64,000 nucleotides of DNA, from assembly GCA_050273025.1 (NCBI GenBank), contig CP158635.1, positions 12,152,001 to 12,216,000 on the forward strand, given 5' to 3'. The notes under the pieces are model-generated. The model did not search any database and had not been told where the DNA came from. It saw only the letters and a program-made list of their open reading frames with translations. This DNA comes from Cenococcum geophilum (lineage: Eukaryota). Of this stretch, positions 24,498-39,100 are shown piece after piece. Made by a program: the position numbers and the translations under genes. Position 1 is the first letter of the stretch. Each line of letters starts with the position of its first letter.

Positions 24498-25640
24498 ATA
24501 CAGAACGAACCCAAAGCCCCTATAACGGCCGCCGGTATTATAACCATACTCTAAGAATAATTGGCAGGGATATAGAAGTTTTTTATAGACGCCCTTAAAT
24601 AGAACTAAGCTACTTTAAATTAACAATAAGCCAAATAAGAAGTACGATACTAGTAATTAATTAAGGACCTCTAAGAAGAAGTCCGCGCCCTTAAGATACC
24701 TACACTAGGACCTTAAGACTAAACGCTATCTCTAGAGATAAACATGCGAAACGCGAGCCCTAAACCCGTAATAGCCACTTACCCTAAGCCGACTACTACG
24801 CTGAAACGATCTAAACAACTACTAGATCCCCTAGTATTTACTAATAAACGATAAAAGCTCTAATTATTTCTAAGCTAGCTTAAAAATAAGCTAACTAGTA
24901 ATACTAACTGTTACCTAACTAAAGCTAACCAACTCTATTACGCCCTAAGTTAACTAGGAGGAGATATAGCCAACCTTATTAAACCTTTTTAGCCAAACTT
25001 AGTGTAAAGCCTAGTTATACTTCTTAAAGCTACGTATAGTAACCTAAACCGCTAAGCTACTACTTAAAGAAAGATAAACCACATAACTTAAGAAATAAAA
25101 AGTTTTCTAGTATACTTCTCTGAATTTAACTGTTACGTAAAGAAAATAGGATGGAATAACTCCGCACTAATTAATAGCCTTATTAAATCCCTAAGCCCTA
25201 AACTAAAAACCTCCCTAATAGGCGTAGACCTACTAGGAGCCCTTAATACCTACATAAACGTCATTAATAAACGGTATAATAATATACTACGCCTAATACT
25301 AAAGCCCACCCCCTAATACAATACGGCAACCCTATAAACGTCCACTAAGCTATCTTAGCTTAAGCACCCTAACGCTATAGATATTAACACTGGGACCCTA
25401 GGATATACCCCACTAGGGTCCTCTAAATAAGAATAACGCATTAAGCTAGGCCTCTACTTTAAATATAAAAGTAACTCCTACCTCTTTAACTACTGCTCCG
25501 CCCCTTTTTAAAAAGACCTATAAATAGCTAACGCTAGTAGCCTACCGCCCCAATCCTCTAGCTACTGTCCCTAATCTTTATCTAGCTCCAGCTTAATAAT
25601 TAGTAAGTACCGTTTACAAGGACGAAACTCTAACTAACGT
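24498..25640 (+). pseudogene. gag: Gypsy A2 gag remnant; ends approximate
   Basis: LDP.VFT, capsid-like region, and a C-terminal GL(C>Y)FK(C>Y)...H...C knuckle at ~25450-25497. Confidence 0.8.
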
Positions 25641-25739
25641 CCTATAAGAACCCCACCCTAATTACCTCTAAAAGGAAGGTCCTAGAGCTAAGTCGCTCTC
25701 CGGGACGGCTCTGCCATAGGATTTCATTAAACGCATTTA

Positions 25740-28700
25740 ACGTTATAAACTCTAACTCTTAGGACTATAGCATAACCATTAACTATTATCTTTAGCAGAA
25801 TAGTTAATAGGCTAATACTTAAATCCTAATTAACACAGGAGCTAGCGGCATAGGATTTATTAATAAGATCTTTACATAAGATAATGGTTTTACCCTAACC
25901 CCCCTTAACCAGCATATTAACGTATTTAGATTTAATAATAAACGCACCATCTTAGGCCGTATTACCCACGTGGTAACCCTAAGACTCTAATACCTAAACT
26001 ATAAAGAACTAATTAAGCTTTTCGTTACCACCCTAGGTTACTTAGTGATCCTTAAACAACCCTAGATAAAGCTATATAAGGTAACTATTAATTAGAATAA
26101 CCTTAAGCTTTTATTTACCGCCTCCCGTTATAAGCAGAAGTGCTTTATAACTTACTACTTAGACCTAGAACCAAAATCTAAAGAATCCACCAGATTCTAC
26201 TAACGTAAGATTTCCACCGAATTCCACTGACATAAGAATTCCACCGACACCTACTAAGGATCCGAAAATTCTACTAAGCTCTATAAGTTATTACTAAGCA
26301 CTACACCGCCCCAAACTAAATAGAAACTTAAGCTTAGTATACGAAACTACTAGAAGGACTAGTATCCTATAATGAAAAGAATACTTAAAAAACCCGAACC
26401 CGAATCTAATACTGACTCCGTACCTAATACTAAACCTAAACCTAAATAAGAAACTACGGACGAGCCGAATAAGCTTGGTACCCTGGATATCCGCATAATT
26501 GGAGCTACTCCGTTAGCGTAACTTGCTAAGAAACCTAAATATACGATCTTTGCTGTCACTATGGCTGATATTAAGAAGGCCTTAGTACCGAAGAAGCACA
26601 CCGACCCTACTACGAAGGTACTAGTAGAGTACTATAACCGCCTAGAGGTATTCTTATGGAAGGAAGCCAATAAGCTACCGGAATACCGATTGTACGACCA
26701 TAAGATTGTACTTAAAGAAGGAAAGCAGCCTAGATTTGGACCCTTATACGGGATATCCTAAAACGAACTCTAAGTACTATAAAAGTATTTAGATAAGAAC
26801 CTAAGTAAAGGATTTATTAGAGCAAGCTTATTGCCTATAGCCGTACTAGTAATCTTTGTTAAGAAACCCGGTGGCGGTCTACGCTTCTATATAGACTACT
26901 AAGCTCTTAACGCCGTTACTATTAAGAACTGATATCCGATCCCGTTGATATAGAAGACACTAAACTAACTAAGTAAGGCTCGTTACTATACGAAGCTTAA
27001 TATCATCTCTATATTTAACCGTCTCCGTATTATAAAAGGGGACGAATAGCTTACTGCATTTCGTACCCGATATAGACTATTTAAGTACTTAGTAATACCC
27101 TTTAGCCTCACAAACGCCCCGAGCTTATTTTAATATTATATAAACAACACCCTACGCCCCTACCTAGACATCTTCTGTACTGCTTATATTAACGACATCC
27201 TAATATATAGTAATAACCTAACTAAATATTAGAAATACGTTGACCTTATCCTATAAGCCCTGCACGAAGCTAGTCTACAATTAGATATAGATAAATGCGA
27301 GTTCTATAAAACGGAAGTTCTATACCTTAGACTCCTTATTTCTATAAATAGTATATAAATAGACCCAAAGAAAGTTGAAGTAATTATGAACTAGTAAGAA
27401 CCCGAGAACGTTAAGGACGTAAGAGCCTTTATAGGATTTGCTAATTTCTACTAACAGTTTATTAATAACTTCTCTGCTCTAGTTTTACCCCTTATAGCTC
27501 TAACCTAAAAGGATAAAGTCTTTGTCTTTAATAAGGAATGTAAGAAGGCCTTTACCTATCTAAAAGTTATGTTTACTACTGCGCCCGTGCTCTAATACTT
27601 CAACCTAAACCGAATAAGTGTTGTAGAAGCCGACTTATCTAACTACGTCACTGAAGGCATCCTGTCTTAATATAACGAGGATGGAGTATTGCACCCTGTA
27701 GTATACTTCTTAAAATAACTAAGCCCAGCTAAATGTAACTACGAGATCTACAATAAGGAATTGTTAGCTATTATTAGGTATTTTAAATAATGGCGACCCG
27801 AACTAGAAGGCGCTGGATTTCTAATTAAGGTCCTTAGCGACTATAAGAACCTATAGTACTTTACAACCACAAAACAGCTAAGTTATTGTTAGGCCCGCTG
27901 GTTAGAATATCTGTCTTATTTCCGATTTTTAATTATATACCGCCTAGGCGTCTAAGGTTAAAAGCCTAATGCCCTAACCCGACGCTTATAAGACGCGCTA
28001 GCCCTAGAAGAAGCGCGCTCTTACCAAAATTAGACCCTACTTCGCCCTAAACTATTTAACCCTCCTACTAAAGATCTTACGGTATACGTCCTTGAAATAA
28101 CTAATTAATTAATTGAATAGATTATAGTTAACGAATACCTAAATAATAAGTTTATCTAAGAGACGCTTAAGCTAATGCAAGATAGTATTAGACGCTCTAA
28201 AAAGATTTCTCTAAGTAAATGCGAAGCCTGCGGAAACCGCTTATATTACTAGAACCGTCTAGTTATCCCTAATTACAATAAGCTTAAGCTTAAACTCCTT
28301 AAACACGTATATAATCTACCTGTTGCCGGCCACCTAGGCTAAGGAAAGACCCTAGAACTACTTTAACGGGAGTATTATTGGCCGAATATGTATAATATAA
28401 TATAAAAGTACGTCTCTAGCTGCTATACCTACCGACGAGCTAAAGCCTCGCATAAGACGTATAACGGTCTTTTAAAGCCGCTGCCTATTCTAGACTAAAG
28501 ATAGAAGGATATCTTAATTGACTTTATTATTGACCTTCCTAATAGTAGAGGCTGTATAAATATTATGGTAGTTATAGACCGACTATCTAAAATAAGACAC
28601 TTAATTGCCTGCCCTAATATATTAACGCCTACTATTGCCCAACTATTCCTAGATTATATATGGAAACTCCACAGACTCCCTAAAACAATTATCTCTAATA

Positions 28701-29607
28701 GAGGCAGCTAGTTTGTCTTGGTATTCTAGAAAGAACTAACTACTTAACTCTGTATTAAAGCACTGTTATCTACCGCGTATTACCTAGAAATGGATAGCTA
28801 AACGGAACGCGTAAATACTATAATGGAACAGTATATTCGGATATACACGTTGTATTTATAGGATAACTAGATTAACTAGCTCGTATTTACTAAGTTTACT
28901 ATAAATAATTCCGTCTCGGAAACTATAAAAGTCTCCCTATTCCTGGCCAATTACGGCTAGCACCCACGAATGGGTTTTGAATCCTTTAGTAATGTTCCTT
29001 ACCCTACTTATTACGCCTTATAAGTTGTAGAAGTAAATAAATTCGTAGAGAAGATAGAGGAACTACAACAGTTCCTTACTAATGAGATGATATAGGCTTA
29101 ATCTATCTATAAAGCCGCAGCAAATAAGAAACAAACCCCAGTACCGGCCTACTAAATTGGCGATTTTGTCTGGCTAGATATAAGAAATCTAAACACGAAA
29201 CAACCTACTAAGAAACTTAATTAGAAGAACGCTGGCCCTTATAAGGTTAAAAAGGTTATCTTTCCTTATGCCTACCGACTGAAGCTCCCTAATACGGTTA
29301 AAATCCACCCCGTATTCTATACGTTAGTCCTCTACCCTACTGCCCCCGTATTAGACGCCCTACCTAGATAGATATAAGACCCTCCCCCACCAGTTAAAGT
29401 GGATGGTGAGAACGAGTACTTTATTAAAAGAATTGATGATATTAAGTACGATAAACGGAAACGCTAATATATATATCTTATAAAATAAAGAGGCTTTACT
29501 AAGTCCTTATGGAAACCTATTGACTTTGTAGGACTTATATAAGCCGCAGAAGACTTTCACAAACTTTACCTAGAACTACTATAGCCCTATCTCGCAGAAG
29601 CTTGAGT
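25740..29607 (+). pseudogene. pol: Gypsy A2 pol remnant (protease, RT, RNase H, integrase, chromodomain)
   Basis: LI(D)TGASG ~25826, TAFRTRY ~27052, AYI(D)DILIYS ~27182, NYEIY.KELLAI ~27737, AGH.G ~28325, GPY ~29234, chromodomain EYFI.RI...YL.K.RG 29413-29495. Confidence 0.93.
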
Positions 29608-32600
29608 TTAAAGGGGGGGTACTGTTATAGGATACCCCTGTAACACCTTGTACATGTCTACCTGTTTCCACTAACTTAGCAATTAGAGACTAACTATAAA
29701 ATAGTAATCTAACGGCAATCTGATGGCAATCTAACGGCAATCTATAGCATTCTGCTATATTCTGCTAAGTTCTACTAAATTCTACTAAGTTCTACTAGGA
29801 CCACGACCTAAACCCTATTCTGCCCATATATGTGTTAACTAAGCAACCAAGTCAATAATATATACCCTTTCTTCCCGTTTTCCTACCTTCTTTCCTTACG
29901 CAACGTCTTGACCTCCTTACACAGTTTATATATATAGCTTAATAATATCTACCTTGCTATATATTATCGTCGCTTATACTCACTCCGTGACACTTAGCTA
30001 TTAATTTATTAAATTTTAAAGAGTTTTTAACGCTTATAGGATTGCTAAAGTACCATAATATTAATTATAAGACGCTTCTCCTTTATAGTACTAAGCTTAA
30101 CTAAACACTTATAGAGGGAATATAAGTTAGTACACACGATTATAGGAATAGCGGGAAGTTCGAGCCAATCTATAATTATCTTAAGAGTAGTTCCAATTGC
30201 AATTACTATATTAACTCCGCTAACTATTCTATATATCTCTAACGCTAAAACGCTTTAAGTAATGCGTTTACTTTTAGTAGAGCTCTAATAGATAAGATTA
30301 CTATAAATTATAAAGTTATTCTCTTTAGTAGATTTGTTTGCAATAATAATCTTATATCCTAACTAGGAGCTAAGATCTTTATTATTTATAAACAATCCAT
30401 TAATAAATATAAAGAGCTTAGCGGTAGGAAGGTTAATAGGGACATAGAGTAGTCCCCAATTAAGATAGTTTATTTGCTAAAAAAGGCGCTTATTTAGGGT
30501 AAGAACGTCCTCCTTAGTTAGTTTCTGGTGTTAAGCAGCAACAAAGAAATTAAAGGAAGCCTTAGGTTAATAAAGAAAAGCAATATAAGCTCCGCGAGCG
30601 CGTTACTCCATATATCCTTACTTTAGAGAGTTAATGTTAATAATATTAATCTTCTTACCTTAACCCTTCTAGCGTAAAGCAATAGAATTCTTATTTAGGG
30701 AGAGGATGCATCTATTAAAGAGCAATAGTATTATTAAATTAAGTCTTTCCTTTAGCTTTACTATAAGATTTACCTTTACTAGCTTATCTTCTTTAAAAGC
30801 TAAGAATTAGTCGTCTCCTAAAATAATTATATTATTAGTTTATATACTAACAATTCTAAATAGAGTTCCTATAGTTATAATAAGAAAACAGGGATTAAAT
30901 ATAGAGGTAGTTATTAGGAGCTTCTCCTTATAGTGCTTACTATAGGTAGCCTACTAATAAGTTCCTGCCTCCGCGATTCTATATAATAGCTTAAGTACAA
31001 CTATTTTTAGGATATTAGTGGCGAATTTACTCTAGAAGGTATACTAGTATTAAGCGCTAAAGGCGCATCTCTAATTAAGTATAGGCCTAGGTAATATCTT
31101 ATAAATAAACTACTATTTTATTCTTTATTAAGGGGGGAGCTAGCGTAATAATAACTTACTAACTAGTTTATTAAATTATAGGGGATTATATAAGAATTAC
31201 TTCCTTACTATTATTATTATAACCTTAAATAACTAGTCTTAACTTCTTAAATAGGGTATTAGTAGCTTTACCTTTAATCTTATTAACCATTCTTAACTTA
31301 AATATATAAACTCTATTAAACTTAGTAGGGTTATACTTCTTAAACTTAAAGACTCCTCTTATAATAAGACTGTTAATCTTTTACTTGTTAAATACTTAGA
31401 AAGGAGCTTTTAGAGTTATAATATAACCTTCCTTTTAGAGCTGTTTTGCGAGCTTAAAGTTAGTCTTCTCTTTAGCTATTATAAAGGCCATTAATAATTT
31501 AACTTTACTCTTAATAGCGGCAATAAATTGCTCTTTAAAATTAATAAAATATTGGCGATTTTGTAATCCCTTTAGGCAACCTTTACCGCGTTATAGTTAC
31601 GGCATATCTACTATAACTATATTAGAATCGTAGTCGCCTTCTAGAGCACGTTAATTATAGTTATCCTTTAGGGTATTCTTTAGGGTATTCTATAAAGGCT
31701 TAGAGCGGTTATTCCTATAATAGGGTTTAATAACAGTTAATTGGAATTAAGTAGGTCTATAAGGCATCTAAAAAGTATAAGTTTAACTATTAATTATAAT
31801 AAGTTTATATAGGCCTAACTATCCTTCCTTTTTACGCTATACGTATACCTTAGATTAGAGTGGCAGATTAAGCGTAGTTAAGGTATTTAGGCTATTTCTT
31901 ATTCCTAGTACGTTATTAACCTAGCGTATAGCGTAGAGGCGTCGTACCTCCTTTATTGCTTTATAAATAGCCTTAGCTTATTATACAATAGAGGGAGATA
32001 GTAGAGAATTATTAGTTATTTAAGGGTAGGCGCTAAAGACTAGTAATATAGGTATAAGCCTATTTAGCCTAGCGGAATTATTAACAGCCTTAATAGCTAT
32101 CTATAAGATAAGCTTTTTACTAGCGTCCTCTAGTTCTAAAGAAATAATCTTATATACTCGGCGTAATAACGTATAATATTATTCTACTTTTCCAACGCTA
32201 TTATATGCCTTAATAGGGACTTCCTTAACCTTAATTACTATTACCTTTACTTATTACCGAAACTCTATAGATAAGAAGTTCCTTCCTATATTATAAATAA
32301 CTTAATTAGGGGGTCCTAGGTAAATATTAATCTAGTATAATTAAAGAGTATCCTATGCGTTCCTAGCTAATATATCCTTTAAAAAAATATACGGCTTAAA
32401 AGGAGGTTAAGAAGTTAATAACTTAGAGTACTAGCTTACCGCTAAGGTATATAATGTTAATAATAATACAGAAGTTAAAGTCGTAGTTATCTTTAAGGGT
32501 AAACTTAAATCGGCTAGGAGACTTCTAGTTTATTTAGTAGTAATAATAGTACTTTATAAGATACTTAATCGCCTTAACCTTAACCTTATAACCTACTCGC

Positions 32601-35341
32601 TAAAGAACCCTAAGTAGTTAGTAAACGGATAAGTGGCCAAAACAGCGGTGTAGTTAACGTAGCTCTAACTTAGTTAAGTAGCTTTAAGCAACGCTCCTTT
32701 CTAGTTATTAAAGAAGTAACTAAGGGTAACCCTACTTGCGTATAATAGGTACCCGGTTATCTCCCTAAACAAGTATATTCTTAAGGTTATTAAGCTTAAC
32801 ACCTAATTTATCTATATTTTAGATATAGAATAGAAATGGGGTATTTATAGGAATAATATAGAAAGTAATATATCCTAATAGGGTTTGGACCTTAATTATA
32901 CTAAAAGAGATTATAGTACCCTTATTAAAGTAAATTATATATTAGCCTACCGTTAATTTATTAATCTAAACAGAGCTATTAAGCTACTAAAGAGCTTAAA
33001 CTTAAGGTTCTCCTACTATAGATACTCCTATAGCTCTAGTATCTAGCATAATACCATAGAAGACGTTTACTAAGTATCTATTATTAAAGGAGAACACGGA
33101 ACTTTCCTTTAGCTTATTAAAGATATCTAACTTTATAATATAATGGAGCGTAAATTAGTTATTAAGAATAGCAACAGTTTATATGCTATTTACCTTACTA
33201 TACTCGGTAAAGTATTAATTAGTAGAGTAGTCCTTAATTTCTATATCCATAAGGAGCTATTCGGCCTTATTAACCTTACCCTTAAGATTTTTTACGCCTT
33301 TATATTAAACCAGGAAGCTTTAAAAGTAGGCTATAGTAACCTTTTAGTTTCTAATATTTTATACGCTCTAGCGAAACTTATTATATGCCTCCTTTTATCT
33401 ATTAAGGGGGTACCTAGTTAACTAGCAATTTGGCTTCTTATAAATATAGCACTTCTTTTAACAATCGCTCCAAAATAAACCTCCATAATTACCTTATAGT
33501 TAACGTTAGTTATACCCTCTACTATATCCTCTACCGCGGCCACTATATATTTAATTAGTCCAGTTATAATCGTATTAGTTTAGAATACCGGTTTAGATAG
33601 GGTTTTCGGTATAAAACTATTAAGATTCTTATATTCGTATTATAGTACCTATAGTAGAGCACAGTTTAGTATATACTCCTTTAAATATATCTATAGGTTT
33701 ATATAGCGCTAAATTACACTTAGAAACACTATAGTAGGCTAAAATAACCTAGTCCCTTAGACTGTTCTTATTTTAGTAAGTTTTAGTAAAACTATATTAG
33801 ATTTTCTAAAGTTTATTAAAAAGTAGTTAAAGGCACTCTAAATAAGTCTTTATTAGATTATAAGTAATAATTCTCTAGAATATAATCTCCCACCATTTAG
33901 ATATATAGAGTTAGCAATTCTTATTAGTTTTAAAGTGGGCTCTAGTAAGCTAAAGTATTATATTAAAGCTATAGTTTCTACCTATAATATAGTTATAATA
34001 GAATATCGCTGCCCGTCTCTTTAATATAATAGAGAAAGCGTAATAGAACTAGTAGTATTAAATTCTAACCTTATTATAATAGTTATAAAAGACCTATAGT
34101 TTTACTCCAAGTATATTATATAGTTCTCCTCTAAACTTCTTCTCTTTGTCTAAATATACCTTTATTAGATTTATAACTTCTTAAAATAGAGGCTTACCAG
34201 TTAGCTAAAATAGAGAAGTTAGAGGAGGTAGAGGAGGTAAAGGAAGAGTAACTCTAGATAGGAGAACACCTCTAGGTAAGAGAGTACCTCTAGGTAGGAG
34301 AGCACCTCTAGGTAGGAGATTAGCGTTCTAGGGGTTTTAATATAAATTAAAGTTACCTTCCAAAGAATATAGGTTAGTTTTAGGTTTCTGTAGTTAATAT
34401 ATAATCTTAGCTTCCGTCTATTCTAGTTCTTCTATACCAATAATAACGGCCTAAATATTACTAGTGATTAGGTTACCGTTCTTAGCAACGTATACCCTAT
34501 TTCTATAAAGGAAGTCCCAAAAATCCCAAACAATATTAACATTGCTAAGTGCCCAGGTGTCGGCGGTCCATCCTATAAAATCCTCCCTAAAATATTCCCA
34601 CAGCTATAAATCGGCGTAGTATCTATCTCGGTAAAATAGAATATAGTATAAAAGAAAGCTATTAACTTATTTTATAGTACAAGTTATTATATTAAAGGCA
34701 AATTCATTCTAATCTTCATTAATAAGTTTCGCGTGCATGGCTACCCCTAATAGTAAAAAGTCTCTCCAGTCGTTTATAGCCATACTTTCGGAGGGAAGTA
34801 TTATTGGTATAGTAATTATCATTTAGTACGCGTTCGTGACGTATATTTGCGATTATGGGGCTTAAAACTAGTTCTAGCCTTAAATCGCGAAGACCCGTAA
34901 CGCGTGTTATTCTGCGTAATAGACGTAAGAATCTATAATCTGGGAATGGCTTAGAACCAGTTCTAGCCTTTTAGATCCTTAGATTCGTAGAAGAGTTCTA
35001 TTTAAGATTTAGGACCAGTTCTAACCTTAAAAAATAACTTCCTCTAGCACGAGTAACACTGGTACAGTGGCTTGTCTCTTCTTAGTAAAATACCTAGCTA
35101 TTCTATAGTATAACTGTAAAGTTAACCACTAATTAGTGTTGGTCTTATAAGGTAATATTACGTATCTACAAGTTGTAGGTAGTATAATAGTTAATTGTTA
35201 CATTCTATCTAGAATAAGGAAGGGTAAGGAACCTAAGGTTCCTCACTACGCTAGTGCCGCGGCGGCACGTAACGGCAGATTGCCTCACGTGACGGCAAAT
35301 TGCCTCGCATAATAGCAATTTGCCTCATTCCTAACACTTAA

Positions 35342-36151
35342 GGTCCTTAAAATCGGACTCTATACCTATATATAGTAAGGCCTATAAACCTACTAGTTTT
35401 TGGATTTAGTAAAGCTTATATAGAGATGTTATATAGTGTGCGGGTAGGACTTAGTAGTTATTAAAATATTAGGGCAGTGGTGAAAAGTTTTTATATAGAA
35501 TGGTAAGATCTTAAAAACCACCGCTATTGGTACCCCTTTATAGTAGATAACTTCTATATACTCCTATTTAACCCTATATAATCCGTATAGATATAAAATA
35601 GATTCTATAATATCCCCTAACTATTAATTAAAAGCTTTAATAACCTTTTATATTAATAAATAAATAAACATATACCCCCCCTTTACCCCTAGGGCAATTT
35701 CCCGCAGAGTATATAGTTACTTACCGTACTACTATAATACTACTGCCTAGCAGCCAGATATAACCCCCTATAGTTTTTCTATCTCCTCTTAACGGCTTAG
35801 TAACCCTTAGAGAGGGCCTAGTAACTAGGGCATAGGCGTAAAAGATACTTAGGTATACATATATATCCTACTTTCATCTTTTAGTATTAGGATAGTAAAA
35901 TAGATAAATCCCCCTTACGCCTTTAAGAGCTTTAGGGGGAGGGGGGGCGTATATAGTAATAGTTAATAAGAGATAGTATATAGCGGACGGTTAAGATATA
36001 GGCAATAATAATAAGCATGCAGTAATTAATTAATTAATGGTAAGACCTAGTAAGGATATAGTAAACCCTAGCTATAGATAAGCTAGGAAAAAGGAAGTAG
36101 TAGTTATTAAGGAGATCTAATATCTAACGGAGGTTAGGACGTAGCTATAGG
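35342..36151. repeat. Unclassified repeat E, copy 2 (uninterrupted, inverted relative to copy 1)
   Basis: Contiguous reverse complement of 10815-11452 plus 19877-20068. Cut at 36151 by Gypsy B2. Confidence 0.8.
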
Positions 36152-39100
36152 TATAACGAAGCCTTATAGGAAATGCTATGGTGGACTTGTTAATAGGCCG
36201 GGTATATAGGTATAGAATAGTTAACAACGTAAATATAACTAGTAGAGTAGTTACCTAATAGATTAACTATAAAGAAAAGAAACTATCTGTAGAGACCGTA
36301 TATCCTTAAATATATAACTCCTCCTTATAGTAAAGGGTTTAGTATATTAGTACGTTAGTATATTGGTACGTTGCGTTCCTACGTTCCTATATTCCTACAT
36401 TTTAAACTTATAGCGTAACTAGCTATATAACTTAGCTACCTTTTATCCTATAGCTCGATCAGTTCTAGCGCCTCCTATACTATCTTAACTAACCCATTTA
36501 TGTCTCTTCTTAGTAGTTATACTACTGCCGATATAAGGTCCGTAACACCATCCCCCTCTTTATCTTCGTCCTTAAAGATATCCCTTATCTCTAAGTCGTC
36601 TATTAAAGGTATAGTATTCCCGTTTTTAATTTAATGACCTTTATTATTCCTAATGCCTTCTATTAGATCCTTTATATCTAATCATCGTAACCGGCTGGTG
36701 ACGTTTATTCTATTACTTGGTAAAGTTATACCGTCCTATTCTTATTATGCGGAGAAGAAGTTAGTATACGTTATAATTACGGCTCCGTCTAGTTGCTAAC
36801 CTTCTTCTTATACTAAGTATACGCGTCTTATTATTCTTTATAACCGTTTGGTTCCTTATCTAATCTTCTTTAGGGTTGCGCGTATTAGTAGCGGCTAAAA
36901 GACTAGAGAGTAAGCTGGCTAGGGCCCTTACTAAAGTTCAGCGCCATTTTAATGAGGCGTCTTAGGCTCTAAAAGCTTAACTAAATACTTATGCTCGCCT
37001 AAGCCGTCTAGCAAAGGTGCGTAAAAAGGTGCGCTTAAAAGAGCTTTATTTAGTAGAGTAAGGTCTATTTAAACTTAAGGCTAAGGAGGCTAAAAAGGGT
37101 TATAATTAAGAAGAGGCGGAAACAGTTTATACGCCGGTAGTGAATCCCTTAGATAACCCGGCTCGTCTATTGCCTTTAACTAATCCTTTTGTTTTAAGCT
37201 TCTTTTTAATATTACCTAACCTATTTTCTTTTAATACTCCTATACCTTTCCTATAGCATTTTTTAAATTCTATAGTACTTCCTAGGTAGTCTTATTATAG
37301 CCTATCCACTTAACCTTATACTATATTTTATTATTAATGTCCTTATAACTAACAATCTTTAAAACTTACTATTTATCTTCCTCTTATCCTCTATACATGT
37401 CTGCTTTATAGATTAGTAGCTTAATATTTCTATATACTAGCTCTAGCATTACAATATACTATATAGGGTAGATCTTTATTTTAGCTAGTAGGTTTAGCTT
37501 AAATATAACCGGTAAAATCCTTTAAATAATTTTAAAAGGTCCTAGTCTGATATAGTCTAACTTCTTACTTAGTTATTAACTCTTAAAATTTTTATATAGT
37601 AGCTATACTTTGTCTCCCTCCTTAAGATCTAGTCCCTTAGATCTCTTAGCATTATAGTACCTTTTTATTCTTTTTTATACTTTCCTTACTAATTCTACAA
37701 GGTCTATATAAAGATTTATTAGCGTCTTTATTCTTTCTTTAGCTATGCTACTTATTTTCTTCGCTTATTATAGTAATAACGATATTCTTAGCTTATATCC
37801 GTAATTTGCCTTAAATAGTAATATGCCTATTCCTTCTTGTAGTGTTGCGTTGTATATAAATTATATAACTAGTAATAATAATACCTAATTGTTCTATACG
37901 TGATTAATATAATATCTTAGATACTGTTCTAGCGTCTAATTTAATCCTTTTATTTAACTATCCGTCTGCGGGTAATATACGGTAGAAGTTGCTACTCTAA
38001 CTCCTTGTTCCGCTAAAAATACCTCCTAAAATACTACTATAAATCTTAGATCTCTGTCCAATATAATCTTACTTAGTGCTCTATATTTTATAAACACTTC
38101 CTTAATATAGATTCTAGCAATATCCTCCACTAAGATTTCTTCTATGCATACTATAAAGTAGCCCTATTTAGTTAACTTATCTATTATTACTAAGATTATA
38201 TTATACTCTTATCCGGTAATAGGGTCTCTTAACTTTAATAACTTAATAATAAAGTCCTATAATATAACCTTCTATAGTCTCTCTGGTATTTTAATAGGTA
38301 ATAGCCCTCTATATAGCTTATACCTTATTAGTTTATTCCTTTAGCAATCTAAACACTCCTTTATTACTTTTCTTACGATATTTTAGATTCCGTTAATAAT
38401 GTATTCTTCCTAAAGTCTTAACACTAAGCCTATTACTCTGTTATATCCTTAAGTTATTCCCTTATAGAAGTCTTCTATAAAATGCTCTGCTATGCTTTTT
38501 AGGATATACTTTGCTTCTTAATTCTCGTTATATCCATTCGTAGATCTTCTAGCTATACTTTTAGAATTCTTTACGCCTAAAAGCTCTTTAGTGTCTTATA
38601 GATTCTTTCTAGTTTATTGTCCTCTTAGGTTGCTGCTAGCTTAGGGTAATTATACTTAATTAATCCGTCCTTATCTTTGCGTAGCATTGCTCCTAATGGT
38701 TTTTTATTATTTTATAATTCAGCCTTTTTGCTTAGTGTATCTGCCCTTATATTCTTAGTTCCCTTAATATACTAAATCTTAAAATGGTATTCTATAAGTA
38801 TCTCTACCTATCTAACTTATCTATAATTGAGTTCTTTTATTATTAGAAACCCTATTAGGTTCTTATAATCTATCTTAACTATAAATGGTTTCTCTACGCC
38901 TTATAAGAATGCTCTTTATTTATTAAGTGCTGTAACTATACCTAATAACTCCTTATTATAAACGTCATAGTTTAATTCTAATAGTGTTATCTTCCAACTA
39001 TAGTATGCTACTAAATGCCATGCGTCCCTATGCTTCTGTAGTAAGTATACTCCTAATATATAATCCAATATATCTATTTCCACAACCGTATCTAGTCCTA

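Larger units (their letters stand above)
24094..29992 (+). mobile_element. Ty3/Gypsy chromovirus family A, full-length copy A2 (5.9 kb)
   Basis: 370-bp LTRs at 24094-24463 and 29623-29992. TSD CTTAG at 24089-93 and 29993-97. PPT AAAGGGGGGG at 29610-29619. Order gag-PR-RT-RH-IN-chromodomain. Confidence 0.97.
23577..35336 (-). mobile_element. Ty1/Copia (GalEa-like) family D with both LTRs and internal deletions; Gypsy A2 nested
   Basis: 200-bp LTRs at 23577-23776 and 35137-35336. TSD CTTAA at 23572-76 and 35337-41. gag (AFSIILK.RAA.FYY ~34010-34040), protease DT.A ~33035, integrase ELR.LHR.FGH ~32635-32670, RT/RNase H 30000-31400. ACTAATTAGT palindrome at the 5' LTR. Confidence 0.93.

Noticed and set aside
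33143..33421. 92-aa ORF, and similarly 5621-5806, 6448-6651, 26359-26601 and 60997-61227
   Set aside because: Antisense or off-frame pieces within RIPed retroelement coding regions.
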